A stretch of 64,000 nt of DNA from Neoechinorhynchus agilis (lineage: Eukaryota > Animalia > Acanthocephala), in NCBI GenBank assembly GCA_051530055.1, contig CM121341.1, forward strand, positions 12,130,784-12,194,783, read 5' to 3'. The notes under the pieces were generated by a model. It worked only from the letters and a program-made list of their open reading frames with translations, made no database searches and was not told the origin of the DNA. Made by a program: the position numbers and the translations under genes. Shown here piece by piece: positions 62,241 to 64,000 of this stretch (position 1 is the first letter of the stretch; the number at the start of each line of letters is the position of its first letter).

Positions 62241-63440
62241 TCAAAGATGGAGGATCGAGCTTTCGAAATTTCCATTTCGAGATTCGATACCGACCTGGAC
62301 AGTACAACATTTGTACTGATGCTATTTCCAGACTTGATTGCAAAGCCTTACAGATTGACGAACTGAAAAGGATACATGAGAAACTAGCACATCCTGGAAT
62401 CACGAGACTTGTGCATTTCGTGAAAACGAGAAATCTACCTTATTCTACCTACGAAGTAAGAAAAGTGTGCCAGGAATGCACAGTGTGTTCCGAATTTTAA
62501 GCCTTGCTTGCACAAACCAGAAAATCTACATCTCGTGAAAGCGGCGAAACCCTTCGAACGGCTGGTAGTCGATTTCAAAGGCCCACTGCCAAGTTCCTCA
62601 ACCAATAGATACATCTCTCTGGCCGTAGACGAATACTCGCGATTTCCTTTCGCTTTTGCTCGTAAAGATACTACGAGTTATACGGTACAGAAGTGTCTGG
62701 AACAACTGTTAATATTGTTCGGCATACCTCAATATCTTCACAGTGATAATGGATTCTGTTTTCGCTCAGAAGAGACAAGGAAATTCTATATCTATCTTGG
62801 AATTCCCACGAGCTATACAACACCGTACAACCCGATAGGGAACCGGCAATGTGAATGATATGTAGGTGTACTCCGGAGGAACATCCTAATGCTACTCAGG
62901 GAAAAGTCGCTCCCGGTTACAGAACGGGAATCTGTGTTGCCGTGTGCTTTATACTAGATCAGATCGTAACTTGGCACTTTGACAAATTCGACTCGGCATC
63001 AGCGACTATACATCCATTCTAGAAATCTAAGTTATACACAAAAGCTACCTTCCTGGTTATGTGGACCGAAACATGCGTGGTGCAAGAAGCCTATTTGTGA
63101 CTTCAAATATGATGACAAGGTGGAAAAGATAGAAGTGCTAAACGCCAATCATGGAAATGCGAGTATACGGGATGTACATGGCTTAATAATGAATGTTTCA
63201 AATAAGAGCCTCGCCCCTTATCCTGATCAAGAACAAGCGTCGAACAATGAAGCATCTTCAAAGGAGACATCAAGAATCACGCCTATCAATGAAGATGATG
63301 ATGAAGACGGTCTAAATAAAGAATCGAATTACATCACGCAAGGACTGACTCACGATCAGATCGACGAGATAACTAGAACACAATTCAAAAGAAATAGAAG
63401 ACCGCCCGATACCTAGTGGAAAGCTACGATTTCGGTGGGA
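62230..63440 (+). mobile_element. Second Gypsy fragment (RNase H end + integrase), decayed
   Basis: 'KVQRWRIELS', 'FEIRYRPG.YN..DAISR', 'HEKLAHPG...CQEC', 'VDFKGPLP', 'VDEYSRFPF', 'SDNG'; purine tract after the stop. Confidence 0.88.
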
Positions 63441-64000
63441 GAGAATGACGCAAAAAGTCAATGTTAAAATAATCGATATGTGCGCATTGAACCCAGCATA
63501 TTAGGTTGCGTTATACTTTTCTACGCGAACATCGTTGTAGCTTTTAAGGAACAGCGACTAATAGAATTTCCAAAATGAACGTCTTTTTGGTGTGGGCGTT
63601 TCGGTTAGAGTCGAGATGCTAAAAGAGCTATCCATCGGAATATAATGCCAAATATCACTCCGTCAGAAGTATTCAAAATATATTTGAAGTTTTAAAGGAT
63701 GTTAATTATATAGATACGCTCAATTCCGATTGGGTTTTAGTTGAATGTCGAAAATCCACTAGAAAGTAAGTCCGTTAGCAATAAGGCCTCCAATTGTAGA
63801 GGAAATTATAGAACTGATTAACTCTTCGCTGTTACACTCGCGTATCAATAAGGCAAATTATTTTCGAATAAAAGAAAACAAATTGCTTGCAATCCAATGA
63901 TTTAAGATTCTGTTCAAGATGTGAGTTATGCCGGGACGAAGTCAAGTAGAGATATGTGTGGAAATATTACTGAATTCACCAATAATGATAATATGTTCAA

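Overview
Eukaryotic (animal-like, AT-rich) genomic window; it is not prokaryotic, because host genes are split by short (~45-60 nt) GT-AG introns. Host genes supported by motifs: TatD/TATDN1 nuclease, a secreted ShKT-domain precursor, a strongly divergent histone H3 variant, an hnRNP F/H-type qRRM protein, a small single-TM protein (COX6A-like, tentative), synaptobrevin/VAMP with a long lumenal tail, and DNA polymerase epsilon subunit 2. About two thirds of the window is repeat. It holds four unrelated satellite arrays (261, ~407, ~92 and 467 bp units), four CRE-like RT-REL non-LTR copies (one with an open 799-codon frame and one with an internal inversion), several Penelope-like elements ending in minimal hammerhead-ribozyme motifs, APE/RT LINE debris and two Gypsy pol fragments. 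Most notable: (1) an H3 variant with CenH3-like traits whose upstream region runs into a 6-kb satellite; (2) a 467-bp array that is the whole interval between two convergent genes, including one gene's stop codon, amplified 9 times; (3) three families of PLE hammerheads, including one element that ends exactly at the predicted cleavage site, an amplified variant core, and a fold-back structure; (4) degenerate TFIIB-like and USP-like ORFs lying among transposon debris. All protein assignments are by eye from motifs; no database search was run and coordinates of degraded elements are approximate.
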